A DNA stretch of 64,000 nucleotides. Origin: a candidate division WOR-3 bacterium. Lineage in GTDB: Bacteria; Hydrothermota; Tepidihabitantia; Tepidihabitantales; Tepidihabitantaceae. Below the pieces are notes generated by a model. That model searched no databases, was not told the DNA's origin, and was given only the letters and a program-made list of their open reading frames with translations. The translations under genes were made by a program, and so were the position numbers. Location: assembly GCA_965648905.1 (NCBI GenBank), contig CBFGIT010000009.1:32001-96000 (forward strand), written 5' to 3'. Shown piece by piece: positions 29,838 to 40,273 of the stretch; position 1 is the stretch's first letter, and each line of letters opens with the position of its first letter.

Positions 29838-31213
29838 TGAGGTTTGCTCCAGAGGTCGCGATGGTGCTGCTGCTGGCCGCGGTTGGCCGCGCCGATACGC
29901 TGCACCTGAATGCTGACCGTGCGGTTGAGCTCGCCCTGACCAACAACCGTACCTTACAACTGGCCCGGGAGAAAGTGGTCGAAGCCGCGGCCGGCCGTGA
30001 CGCCGCGTTCGGCTCATTCCTGCCCCAGGTCTCGGCCACCGGCACCTACACGCGGCTGGGCAATGTCAGCGAGTTTGCCATGGGGTCGCCGGTGATGGGT
30101 AAGTTCCCCATCCCGGTTCGCGACCTTCAAGGCAACATTATCGGGTTCACCGATTCCATCCCGATGATTTCGGGCTACCGATTCGATACGATGCAGTTGG
30201 GCAGCGCGAACAACTACGCTTTGACCGGCACGGTTCAACAGACAGTTTTCACCTGGGGCAAGCTGATCAACGCCTATCGCATTGCCGGACTAAGCCTTGA
30301 CATGCAGAAGGCGGCCGCTGCCCAGGCGCAGGCCCAGGTGCGCGTGGACGCAACCCAGGCATTTTACCAGGCCCTGCTTGCCCGCAAGACCGCAGCGGTG
30401 ATGACCGACGCCTGCCGCCAGCTTGAACGGCATGTCGGCCAGGTACAGGCACTCTACGACAACGGCCTGGCCGCAAGGCTCGACGTGATGAAGGCGACGC
30501 TCGGGTTGCAGCAGATGAAGGCCCAGCTTTCTCAGATTGAGAACGGCGCCGAGCTCGCCCTAGCTGCGCTGCTGAACGTCCTAGGCGTGCCGACCGAGAC
30601 CCCGGTCGTGCTCGACGAGGACTTGCCGGCTGAGACAACGTTGGTTGAGCTGGCACCAGTGGTCGATTCGGCACTGGCACAACGACCAGAGCTTGCCCAG
30701 TTGCGCGACGCGGTACGGATGGCCGACCTTGCCGAGCGCATCGCCCGCACCGCCAACCTGCCGAACGTCTTCGTTCAGGCCAACGGCAGCTACCGCAAGC
30801 CGGTGGGATTCAGCGACGAATGGGGAAAGGACTGGAACGCGACCGTCGGAGTCTCAATGCCGCTGTTCACCGGTGGAGCCAATCTGAGCAAGCTGAAGCA
30901 GGCCCAGTCACGGAGACGGCAGGCCCAGGTTGGGTTGGCTCTGGCCGAAGAAGGAATCAGACTCGAAGTCCAGGCACAGGTCGCGGCACTGAACCAGGAA
31001 GCAAAGAACATCAGCTATCAGGCCAGGAACGTCGAAGTTGCCGACGAAGCCCTGAAGCTGGCCGAGACCCGCTATCAGAACGGCTTACTCACGAATCTTG
31101 AGTACATGGACACGCAGTTGGCTCTGACCCAGGCGCGGGTCTCGTACCTGAGCGCGCTGGCCAACTACCAGATTGCCAAAGCCAGACTGCGCAAGGCTAG
31201 CGGAGCGAACTGA
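29837..31213 (+). CDS. TolC family outer membrane efflux protein
   Basis: AVELALTNN, FLPQVS, VFTWGK, RPEL, RYQNGL motifs. Confidence 0.9.
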   Translation: MRFAPEVAMVLLLAAVGRADTLHLNADRAVELALTNNRTLQLAREKVVEAAAGRDAAFGSFLPQVSATGTYTRLGNVSEFAMGSPVMGKFPIPVRDLQGNIIGFTDSIPMISGYRFDTMQLGSANNYALTGTVQQTVFTWGKLINAYRIAGLSLDMQKAAAAQAQAQVRVDATQAFYQALLARKTAAVMTDACRQLERHVGQVQALYDNGLAARLDVMKATLGLQQMKAQLSQIENGAELALAALLNVLGVPTETPVVLDEDLPAETTLVELAPVVDSALAQRPELAQLRDAVRMADLAERIARTANLPNVFVQANGSYRKPVGFSDEWGKDWNATVGVSMPLFTGGANLSKLKQAQSRRRQAQVGLALAEEGIRLEVQAQVAALNQEAKNISYQARNVEVADEALKLAETRYQNGLLTNLEYMDTQLALTQARVSYLSALANYQIAKARLRKASGAN

Positions 31214-31220
31214 GGAAGAA

Positions 31221-32135
31221 ATGAACTACGATAAGAGAACATCGGAGACGAACACAGCTACTTTCAGCAGACTGACAGTCCTGGTAGCGTTGTTGGCGGT
31301 CGTTGCCGGTTGCGGGCCGCGGCGGGAAGCACGCGCCCGGTCGCTGCAGACCGTTGCCTACGAGACTGTGAAGCAACAGACCATGACCCGGACGGTCAAA
31401 CTTCTCGGCACGGTCCAGGGCGAACAGCAGGCAACCGCCTTGTCGAAGATTGCCGGTCGAGTGACCGAAGTGGTCAAGCCCGAGGGGTCGTACGTGAATG
31501 AGGGCGAGCCGATTGCCTTTGTAGTAAACGATGTCCCGGGCATGGACTACAAGCCTGGGCCGGTGACTGCGCCGGTGTCAGGTTATGTTGGTAAGGTGTA
31601 CGTTGAACCGGGCCAGTCGGTCGGACCGGGCGTACCGGTCGCAACTGTCGCCAGTTACACTGACCGGGTGCGCGTCAGAGTGAACGCGAGTGACCAGGAC
31701 CTGCGGTTCATCCGTCCGGGTGCACGGGGTGAAGTGAGCGTCGCCGCTTTCCCGGACACACTCTTCATCGGTACGGTAAGCAGGATTACGCCGGTCCTCG
31801 ACCAGGTCTCCCGCACCGCAACGGTCGAGCTGAGCGTCGACAACCGTCGCCGGCAACTGCTGCCGGGCATGGCGTGTGCAGTTCGGCTGGTACTGGAGCA
31901 ACGCGACTCGGCTCTCGTCGTTCCCCTGACCGCCCTGTTCACCAACGGCCTTTCCAAGATCGCGGTACTCGATGGGAACAGAGCTCGGTTCCGGGAGATT
32001 CGGGTCGGTCTGGTCGGCGACCGCTCGGCCGAGGTCATCTCCGGCGTTGCGCCGGGCGAGAAGGTAATTACCACCGGCAAGGAGCGCATCAAGGACGGCG
32101 ATGAAGTGAAGCCGGTGGAGTCGGACAAACAATGA
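31221..32135 (+). CDS. RND efflux membrane fusion (periplasmic adaptor) lipoprotein
   Basis: Lipobox VVAGC; APVSG; ITPVLDQVSRT; LLPGM; V.VG...EVISG..GEKV. Confidence 0.9.
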   Translation: MNYDKRTSETNTATFSRLTVLVALLAVVAGCGPRREARARSLQTVAYETVKQQTMTRTVKLLGTVQGEQQATALSKIAGRVTEVVKPEGSYVNEGEPIAFVVNDVPGMDYKPGPVTAPVSGYVGKVYVEPGQSVGPGVPVATVASYTDRVRVRVNASDQDLRFIRPGARGEVSVAAFPDTLFIGTVSRITPVLDQVSRTATVELSVDNRRRQLLPGMACAVRLVLEQRDSALVVPLTALFTNGLSKIAVLDGNRARFREIRVGLVGDRSAEVISGVAPGEKVITTGKERIKDGDEVKPVESDKQ

Positions 32136-35100
32136 AGCTCACCGATTCCGCGATTCGCCGGCCGGTAACGACTGCGATGGTCGTGCTCGCCTTGGTCGTA
32201 TTCGGCATCATCAGCGTCACCCGGATGCAGGTAGACTTCTACCCTGACGTCACCTTCCCGATGGTAGTTGTGGCCACGCTCTATCCCGGGGCCGGGCCGC
32301 TCGAGGTCGAATCCGAAGTCACCGACCCGATGGAAGAAAGGCTGGGCACGATTGCCGGCTTGACCGACATCACCTCCCGTTCGACCGAGAACGTCTCGGC
32401 CATCACCCTGATGTTCGACTGGGGCACGAACCTCGACGCGGCCGCGTCCGATATCCGCGACCGGCTCGACATGGTCCAGGCCTCTCTGCCGGAAGGAGCG
32501 CAGAAACCGTTTGTCTTCAAGTTCGACCCTTCGATGATGCCGGTGCTGAACATGGCGCTGTCGGGCAGCATCGACGAGGCAGAGCTGGCCGACATCGCCG
32601 AGGATGTTGCCCAGCAGCTCCAGCGTGTACCCGGAGTTGCTGCGGCCAATTTCGGCGGCCAGTTGACCAAACAGGTACACATCGAACTTGACCTGCGCGA
32701 GCTGGCAGCAAGCGGCGTCACCACCGAGCAGCTCGCCGGAGCACTCAAGGCCCAGAACCTCAACTTCCCGATCGGCTCGGTCTCTACCGAAGAGCAACGG
32801 TTCCTTATCCGTCTGGTCGGTCAGTACGACGACCTCGATGGCATCCGCAACACTGTGGTCGGCGCCCGCCGGGATGGTACGCCGGTGCTTGTCCGCCAGA
32901 TCGCCGACGTCCGATGGGCACCAATGGAGCGCACGGCGATGGTCCGGATGGACGGCGCGAACGCCATCTACCTCTGGATTCAGCGCCGGCCCGATGCCAA
33001 TACGATTCAGGTCTCCGACGCCTTGCAAAAGGAGATTGAACGCATTCGGCAGAACCTGCCGCCGGCGGTCGACCTGAAGGTTTTCTGGGACAGTGCCCAG
33101 CCGGTAAGGAACTCGGTCAAGAGCGTCGCCACCAACCTTGTCCTGGGCGGCATCCTCGCCTCGCTCGTGCTGTTTCTTTTCCTGCGCCGGTTCCGGGCCA
33201 CGATGTTCGTCGCGTTCGCGATTCCGGTCTCGGTCTTCTTTGCTCTGCTCGGCATGTACCTCTCCGGGTTCACTCTCAACGTTCTATCCATGGCCGGACT
33301 GGCGATTGCGGTCGGCATGGTTGTCGACAACGGCATCGTGGTGTTTGAGAATATCTTCCGTCGTCGCGAGCACGGCGAAGAACCCTTCAGCGCGGCCAGC
33401 CAGGGGACGACGACGGTTGCGATGGCGATTACTGCTTCCACCCTGACGACGATCGCGGTCTTTCTACCCCTGTTGATGCTGCGCGGTATCCTCCAGGTCT
33501 TTTTCAAAGAGCTGGCCTTTGCCATTATCTTCGCGCTTCTGGCTTCGCTCGGCATCGCGCTCACCCTTATCCCGATGCTTGCCAGCCGATTCCTGAAGAT
33601 GCCTGCGCCCGGCTCCCAGGAAAAGGGTCTGCGCGGGTGGAGCGAGCGTCTCTACAAGAACATCGAGAACAGCTACAGCCGCCTTATCGGCTGGGCCATC
33701 TGCCGCCGCAAACTCATCATCGTGGCGACGGTCCTGGTGCTTATCGCCAGCCTCGGCCTAATCCCGATTCTCGGCACTGAGTTCATGCCTAAACAGTTCA
33801 CTCAGTTCTCAGAAATCCAGGCCGAGATGCCGGTTGGGACCAGCCTGGAGAAAACGAACGAAGCGCTTGCGCGGATTGAGCGGTATGTCGTCGACAAGTG
33901 GGGAGGTGAGCTGAACGCGGTCCTCGTCCAGGTCGGGGGTGGTTCGAGCGTGTTCTCGGCGATTTTCGGCGGCGCGCGCGCGAGCAGCGGTGAGGTCAGT
34001 ATGGTGGTGAAGCGCGGGTCAAAGTATTCAGCCCTTGAAATCGAGAACGACATCCGGCAGTTCGCCAGCTCGATTCCGGGGATGAGAATCCGGTCTCGCA
34101 CCGAACCCGGGGTTGCCCGGGTGATGGGCGGCGGCGCTGCGCTCCAGGTCGAGATCATCGGCCACGACATCGAAGTCGCCGACTCGCTCACCCGCCTGGT
34201 CATCGCTGCGGTCGAGACTCTACCCGGGGTGGTCGACGTCAAAGCAAGCCGGGAAGAAGGCGACCCGGAAATCCAGTTACTCGTGGATCGGGAGAAAGCT
34301 GCGCTCTACGGCCTGACGCCCTACCAGGTCGGCAGCGCACTCCGAACCCAACTGGAAGGCAACGTTGCCACCCGCTACCGGCTGGGCGGCAGGGAGTATG
34401 ACATCATCGTCCGGCTCAGAAAAGACCAGCGCACCGAGGTCAGTGACATCCTCGCGACGTCAGTTAACAGCCCTACCGGCCCGGTGCTGCTCAAGAACTT
34501 AGTCGTCACGCGGCCGGGAACTAGCCCGCTGACCATCGAGCACAAGAACACCGAGCGCATCGTCAAGGTCGAAGGCAATGTCATCGGCCAGGCCGCGGGT
34601 CGGGTCGGCGGGCTTGCCAAACAGGCCGTATCGAAAATCGTTTCGCCGCCCGGGTTCACCATCAAGGTTGCCGGCTCGTTCGAAGACATGATGAAGTCAT
34701 TCCGTGACCTGGGCTTTGCTGCGCTGCTTGCCATTCTGCTCGTGTTCATGGTCATGGCCGCGCAGTTCGAGAGCTTCCGCGACCCGTTCGTTATCCTGTT
34801 CACGATTCCCTTTGCGCTCATCGGCGTAGTCTGGGCCCTGGCCCTTACCGGCACAACGCTCTCAATCGTCTCTGGTGTTGGCGTGCTCGTCCTGGTCGGC
34901 GTCGTCGTGAACAACGGGATTGTCTATGTCGACTATGTCAACCAGTTGCGGCGCAACCAGGGCATGGGGCTCGAAGAAGCGGTGTGCGAAGGCGGCCGAG
35001 TCCGGCTCCGGCCGATTCTGATGACCGCGTTCACGACGATTTTCGGGTTGCTGCCCCTGGCCTTGCAGATTGGCGAAGGCTCGGAGTTCTGGTCGCCGCT

Positions 35101-35233
35101 GGGCCGGGCCGTTATCGGTGGCATGGTCGTGTCGACATTCCTGACCCTGATCTTCATCCCGGTGCTCTACACCTCGTTCGAAAGAGGTGCTGAGCGCCGC
35201 CGCCAGGCCCGGGCTGGCCGAACCGTCGAATAG
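32132..35233 (+). CDS. RND efflux permease (AcrB/AcrD/AcrF family)
   Basis: AIRRPV; YPGAGPLEVE; GMVVDNGIVV; GVVVNNGI; RLRPILMT. Confidence 0.95.
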   Translation: MKLTDSAIRRPVTTAMVVLALVVFGIISVTRMQVDFYPDVTFPMVVVATLYPGAGPLEVESEVTDPMEERLGTIAGLTDITSRSTENVSAITLMFDWGTNLDAAASDIRDRLDMVQASLPEGAQKPFVFKFDPSMMPVLNMALSGSIDEAELADIAEDVAQQLQRVPGVAAANFGGQLTKQVHIELDLRELAASGVTTEQLAGALKAQNLNFPIGSVSTEEQRFLIRLVGQYDDLDGIRNTVVGARRDGTPVLVRQIADVRWAPMERTAMVRMDGANAIYLWIQRRPDANTIQVSDALQKEIERIRQNLPPAVDLKVFWDSAQPVRNSVKSVATNLVLGGILASLVLFLFLRRFRATMFVAFAIPVSVFFALLGMYLSGFTLNVLSMAGLAIAVGMVVDNGIVVFENIFRRREHGEEPFSAASQGTTTVAMAITASTLTTIAVFLPLLMLRGILQVFFKELAFAIIFALLASLGIALTLIPMLASRFLKMPAPGSQEKGLRGWSERLYKNIENSYSRLIGWAICRRKLIIVATVLVLIASLGLIPILGTEFMPKQFTQFSEIQAEMPVGTSLEKTNEALARIERYVVDKWGGELNAVLVQVGGGSSVFSAIFGGARASSGEVSMVVKRGSKYSALEIENDIRQFASSIPGMRIRSRTEPGVARVMGGGAALQVEIIGHDIEVADSLTRLVIAAVETLPGVVDVKASREEGDPEIQLLVDREKAALYGLTPYQVGSALRTQLEGNVATRYRLGGREYDIIVRLRKDQRTEVSDILATSVNSPTGPVLLKNLVVTRPGTSPLTIEHKNTERIVKVEGNVIGQAAGRVGGLAKQAVSKIVSPPGFTIKVAGSFEDMMKSFRDLGFAALLAILLVFMVMAAQFESFRDPFVILFTIPFALIGVVWALALTGTTLSIVSGVGVLVLVGVVVNNGIVYVDYVNQLRRNQGMGLEEAVCEGGRVRLRPILMTAFTTIFGLLPLALQIGEGSEFWSPLGRAVIGGMVVSTFLTLIFIPVLYTSFERGAERRRQARAGRTVE

Positions 35234-35249
35234 ATTCTGCTGCCTCCTC

Positions 35250-35284
35250 GCCGCCGGGGCAGGTGCTCTGCCCGCCCCGGCGGC
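35250..35284. terminator. GC hairpin between convergent genes (possible terminator)
   Basis: GCCGCCGGGGC...GCCCCGGCGGC 11-bp stem; U-tract weak. Confidence 0.45.
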
Positions 35285-35295
35285 TGCCTTTCTCG

Positions 35296-37002
35296 CTAGG
35301 CGTACGCCGGCAGCGTCAGCCTGACCCAGTCGTCGTCATGATACCCGAACAGGCTCGTCATCGTCTGGTCGGTCAGATTGCAGAGCGTGACGCTGCCCTC
35401 GACCACCGGGTTATCACCGTAGTATGCCTTGTGCTTACCCTTCGGTGACAGGAAGTTTATCAGTTCCCGCGCCTTAGTTTCGTCGATGCTGCCGTAGGCA
35501 GCAAGGCACTGGCTGACAAGTTCGTCGTAGCGCCAGAGGATATCAGCCATCTTAGTTGTGCCGACGATATTGGTCCATTCCCTCATCGCGCAGAGTCGCA
35601 TCTCGGGCACAAGCGCGTGGTTGCCGACAACAACAAGGTCCGGCCTGGCTTCGCGCTGCGGGGCAAAGAAGTAGCTCTGGTTCGGCCCGCTCTTCCAGTC
35701 CGGGTTCAGATACCCGCGCTCGCCGAACTGGGCCGGGTCATACGTGTACCCCATCTTCTGAAACAGACGCTGGTTGTACTGCTGATACTCGACCGGGTAC
35801 TGCCAGTCGGTTCCGCGCACGAACAGGCCACGGCGCGAGGGCTGGAAAGGCCCGGTCGGCAAGAGCGGCCTGAGCCAGGCCGGTGGGTAAGAAAGGTAGT
35901 CCAGGTTGTCGGTCGTCATGCCGCTTTCGACAATCATCGCCCGATTGTCCTTGCCGTCAGCCAGCGGGTAAATCCATGACGCACCGCGCTGAGCCGCGAC
36001 CATTGCATCAACCGCCTTGTCGGCGCCGTGGCCGGCCCCGGCTGCATGGCGCACCATCAGAAGCGAATTGAGCCCGGGCCGGAGCGGGTTGCAGTTGGCT
36101 GACGGCAGCATGTCCACACCGATGCCGACACCGGCGCGGTTCATGGCGGTCACGCTGCCGACAAACCCGGGCGCGGTCTGACTGACCAGCGGCAAAGCCG
36201 GTCGGCCGTCGTCCAGGGTGTAGCTCGGGTTGTAGACCACCAGACCGGCCGTGTCCTGGAACACTCCGGCCGCAGGAAACTGGAAGTCGCGCCCGAAGTA
36301 GCATTTCCGGTCTCGGGTCGCGTTGCCGAACGCGGCGAAAGCATTACACGCCAGGGGCACGCGAAAGAACTCCGGCTTCAAACTGGGCAAGAACGACTTG
36401 GCCAGAGGAATCAACCATTTGTACTTTGCCAGAAACGCGAACTTGCCGCCGAGCCGGTCGAGAATCGGCTCAATCCGCTCGTGCAGCCCGAGTCCGGTGT
36501 AGATTGCCGCGACCAGTGCATCCACGCCGACGTTCAGAGTCAAGAGGTTCTCATAGGTCACGGTCGTATTCGGGTCTTGCGCCTTGCACCCGGCCACCAG
36601 TCCGAGCATCTCCTGCTTCAGCGGCTCAGGAATGTCGTTCGGGTGAGCAGCGTACACACCCTGGCACCAGACCTTGACGATGTAGAGAAGAATCTGGAAC
36701 GCGAGCTGCCGGCTCAGGCCGGCAAGTTCCGGCGCGATGAACGCCGGAATGACATTGTTGACGTAGTCGACCGTCATCCGTCGCACATCCTTCTCGGCCA
36801 ACAGCCCGAGCAGGTAGCCCATCTGGTATCCGCTGCCTTCGACATAGTACGCCCGCTTCGGGACGCCGGTTCGGCTGTTCCGCGCGGTCCGGTGCTCGGC
36901 AAGCATCCCCCGCATGTTCTGAAAGGTCACGGCCTGTTTGACCTCAAAGCCATCAGCGGCAAAGGCCTGGGTCAGTTGCGCCGTGGTCTTGACATTCATC
37001 AT
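35296..37002 (-). CDS. C45-family Ntn-hydrolase (autoproteolytic acyltransferase/peptidase)
   Basis: GSGYQMGYLLG; EMLGLVAG; catalytic A-C-NAFAAFG..T...YFGRDFQF; PGFVG..AMN..GV. Confidence 0.8.
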   Translation of the reverse strand: MMNVKTTAQLTQAFAADGFEVKQAVTFQNMRGMLAEHRTARNSRTGVPKRAYYVEGSGYQMGYLLGLLAEKDVRRMTVDYVNNVIPAFIAPELAGLSRQLAFQILLYIVKVWCQGVYAAHPNDIPEPLKQEMLGLVAGCKAQDPNTTVTYENLLTLNVGVDALVAAIYTGLGLHERIEPILDRLGGKFAFLAKYKWLIPLAKSFLPSLKPEFFRVPLACNAFAAFGNATRDRKCYFGRDFQFPAAGVFQDTAGLVVYNPSYTLDDGRPALPLVSQTAPGFVGSVTAMNRAGVGIGVDMLPSANCNPLRPGLNSLLMVRHAAGAGHGADKAVDAMVAAQRGASWIYPLADGKDNRAMIVESGMTTDNLDYLSYPPAWLRPLLPTGPFQPSRRGLFVRGTDWQYPVEYQQYNQRLFQKMGYTYDPAQFGERGYLNPDWKSGPNQSYFFAPQREARPDLVVVGNHALVPEMRLCAMREWTNIVGTTKMADILWRYDELVSQCLAAYGSIDETKARELINFLSPKGKHKAYYGDNPVVEGSVTLCNLTDQTMTSLFGYHDDDWVRLTLPAYA

Positions 37003-37028
37003 TCCTCCCTAAGACTGGTTTTCACGGA

Positions 37029-39209
37029 CTATCTGATTCTGACGATTCTCGTGCAGCGCTCCTGCCCGCGGGCGAGCGTGAGCCGCACAAAGTAAACACC
37101 CGGCCCAAGGCGCGAAACGTCGTTCTCACCCGACGCAAGCGTCAGCACCCGACGGCCGGAAATGTCAAGCAGAACGCCCTTCGCCTCCCGCCCTTCGCCG
37201 CTCGCATCGAGCAAGAGCACGTTACGCACGATGCCCGGCCCGATTGCCGGAGTGGGAGCAATCTCGGTTCCGGATTGGGCGAGACCGGTCACAAACTGCC
37301 AGCCAAAGCACGCGCTGTTCGTGGTTCCGGCAACAAGGAACGGGCCGCCCCGCTCGGCAAACCCGACCAGCGTAACCGAACGGCCCTCAAGACCAGAGTT
37401 CATACTGGTCCAGCTTGCGCCCCGGTCGCGCGAAATCATGACCCCAAAGTCACCACCGGTAACAACCGTGTCCTCTCCGCCCGGATAGAAAACGACCGAC
37501 CTGCTGCCTGAAGTTCCGGTCAGAACTGTCCAGCTCGTGCCGCCATTGGTCGTAAGAAAGATACCGGCTCCAGTCGCGGCCAGGACCCGGTCCGGGTCGA
37601 GCGGGTGAACCGCAAGGCTCTGGACCGTGCCGCCCGGCGACCCGGCAGTGCGATTCCACGTTGCACCGAAGTCGGTCGAGCGATACACCGCGCCCGCATT
37701 CGAAACCTCGCCCCCGGCATAGATTATGCTCCGCTCGGACGGCGCAACTGCCAGAGAGTAGCAGTATCCTGACGCCGTACCGGAGAGAACGTGTCTGGTC
37801 CAGGTTGCGCCCGAGTTGCGCGAACGCGACACCACGAACGACCAGTTGGTCTGGGTAATCGGCCCTTTGCCCCCGGTCAGGATGATATGCGCTGAATCCG
37901 GATGGACGATGCAGCAGCCGCCATCGTCGTAGTAAGAGTCTTTCTGTTCCCAGACGGCCCCGCCGTCTGTGCTCAAAAAGAGCTCGGCTGAACCTCAGCC
38001 GCGGCCCTCAAGCGCCCAGACCATATCCTCAGAAGGCCCGCGTGCCAGCCCGATGCCGCAGATATTGCCGCAGGAAAGAAAGTAGGAACAACTCTGCCAG
38101 CTCGCGCCGGCGTCGAGCGTCCGATACACTCCTGCCCCTTCAGCCGCAACATAGACCCGGGTTCGGTCCCAGTCTGCCACGCTCATTGCCGCAATCGCCG
38201 CGGTCCGGATGCCGGAGCTGGCCTGGGCCCAGTGCTGACCGCAGTCGGTCGAGAACATCATCCCGGACGCAGTCGCACACCAGACCCCGTTGTCAAGTCC
38301 CCGGTCGGCAACAATCGCACCCAGACGTGCCGAAGGCTGAACCGGTGCAGTCGTCTGCCAGGTCAAACCGGTGTCGGTCGAATAGTAGCAGACCGGCTCA
38401 GCCTCATAGCCATAGGCATACGCCTTGGCCGGGTCAGCCGGACTGAAGTCAACGCTCATCACCGACTGGGCCGTGCCGGCTCGGTGCCATGACTCACCGG
38501 CATCGGTCGAGCGAAACAGACCATAGATGCCGCAGCAGAGCAGCACCCGCGAATCGGCGCAGTTGGCCGCGATGCCGAACAACAAGTCGTCCGGTGACAG
38601 ACCGTTCGACCGCTCGTGCCAGGTCTGTCCGGCATCAGTCGAACGGAAAACCGTGCCGTAATCGCCGGCAAGATAGATTACCCCCGAGTCAAGCGGACTC
38701 GGTGCGATACCGTAGATGCTGCCGGTATCATCCTTGACCAGCCGGCCCGACCAGGTCGCGCCGTGGTCGGTTGAGACAGCAAACCAGGGCCGGCTCATAG
38801 TGTCGTAGTACATCCCGGCCGCGTACGCGCGGCCCGGCACAAACTGGTCCCACGCCGCAGCCGACGCATAGAACGGCAGACCGACCTGACGCCAGCTCGC
38901 GCCATGGTCGGTTGAACGCTGAATGAAAGTATTGCCGGTCGGTCCGAGAATCGTGTTCGGCAGAAAAGGGTCAATAACCAGACTCATTGCCCCATCGCGG
39001 CTCAGAAAGCCGGCCAGCGACCAGTTTGTACCGTGGTCGGTCGTGCGATAGACCCCGAACGAGTCAGTTGAGTTAACCAGACAATAGAGCGTATCTGGTC
39101 GAACCGGGTCCAGACCCAGGGCGGAAACATAACCGCCGTCCGGGCCGATTGGCTGCCATTCGGCACGAACCACGGTGAAAAGGACCAGCAGCAGAACGAC
39201 TCTCTTCAT
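37029..39209 (-). CDS. Secreted BNR/Asp-box (VPS10-like) beta-propeller with T9SS-like CTD and in-frame UGA at codon 405 (candidate selenoprotein, 726 aa)
   Basis: ORFs 37995..39290 and 37029..37976 share one frame: ALEGRG-TGA-GSAELFLSTDGGAVW; many S/TxDxGxxW Asp-boxes; RBS AAGGAG before ATG 39209. Confidence 0.75.
37951..37969 (-). promoter_or_regulatory. Candidate bacterial SECIS hairpin
   Basis: CAGACGGC-GGG-GCCGTCTG perfect 8-bp stem; G-containing loop begins 33 nt after the UGA. Confidence 0.5.
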
Positions 39210-39266
39210 CTTTGCTCCTTTGAGGACACAACAGTCTACTGTCAAGTATCCGGTGATGTCAAACCG

Positions 39267-39527
39267 TGTGGCGCGCTGCGCGCAGGTCAAAAGTCAAACT
39301 GCAAAGTGCAAAGGTCAAAGTGTCGGACAGCCCGACATTCTGACTTCTGCATTCTGCAATCTGCCTTCTGCCTTCGCGCCGTCAGGCGCGGCAAATCCCT
39401 TTTTCATCAGGACGAGGACTGTGGCGCGCTGCGCGCGCAGGTCAAAGGTCAAGTCGTCGGACAGCCCGACATTCTGACTTCTGCATTCTGCAATCTGCCT
39501 TCTGCCTTCGCGCCGTCAGGCGCGGCA
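39267..39527. repeat. Two tandem copies of a ~110-125-bp structured element built of heptamer arrays
   Basis: 72 identical nt at 39322-39393 and 39456-39527; (nnnCAAA)n arm, GTCGG-ACAGC-CCGAC hairpin, (TTCTGnn)n arm, CGCGCC-GTCA-GGCGCG hairpin. Confidence 0.85.
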
Positions 39528-40065
39528 GAATCACTCCTGTCGTGGTCACGACTCCGGCAGCGGGCACAGCCGTCGCACGTCTTCACTCACCACTGCCGAC
39601 GCAAACACTGCCGGACGCGGCTTCGGCTCCGGCCTTGTGCGCGGGAACCAGCCTGCCCCAAGGCCAGCCTTGGCGCCCGCAACTGCAACCGGCAGGACCG
39701 ATGTTACCCATCGTGCAACCACACACGCAACCACAACCGGCATCGCACCTTACTCCAGCTTCGACCCGGCAACTGCCGGCACAGCCGGCTTCTCGCCTGA
39801 CTTTGGGTTCGGCAAGGGGAGCCACTCCCCCACTCGCCCCCAGAGCCACCCGAAAGACCCGGCGCGAAACTAGAAACTAAGCTCCAAGCCTCGCAAATGC
39901 GAAACTTATCTCCATAGGCCGTTCTCACGCAAGACATGGCCCGAGTCCACGTCGGCCTGACTCCGTTCCGCCTGCGGTCTACCCTCTCGCCTCTGCCTTG
40001 CGCGCCCTGCGCGCCGCCCTGGCGTCTCGATGGTCCATCCTCGTGCCGCTCCGCCTCAGGAACTT

Positions 40066-40208
40066 CGTGCTCTTGGTGAGCTTGGTGGTTAGGTTCCGGA
40101 CAATAGAGTCGAAATGCCCGGACCGCCCCACGCTTTGATCTTCAACTTCTGCACTTTGACCTTTGCCCTTTTCCCACTTCCCGTGCTCTTGGTGAGCTTG
40201 GTGGTTAG
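40066..40208. repeat. 27-bp direct repeat CGTGCTCTTGGTGAGCTTGGTGGTTAG (40066-40092, 40182-40208) enclosing a heptamer array
   Basis: Identical copies; ctttgat/ttctgca/ctttgac/ctttgcc array lies between them. Confidence 0.8.
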
Positions 40209-40273
40209 ACCTCGGACTCTCAGAGTCTTCAGGTGATGCTTGACGAAAGACGCAGAACAGCGAAGATTAGTCT

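Noticed and set aside
37995..37997. Genome-wide UGA reassignment (genetic code 4/25)
   Set aside because: TGA ends conserved genes at their expected positions (accD, rtcB, nadC, V-ATPase D)
39267..40208. CRISPR array
   Set aside because: Only two copies per repeat, no regular unique spacers, and no cas genes in the window
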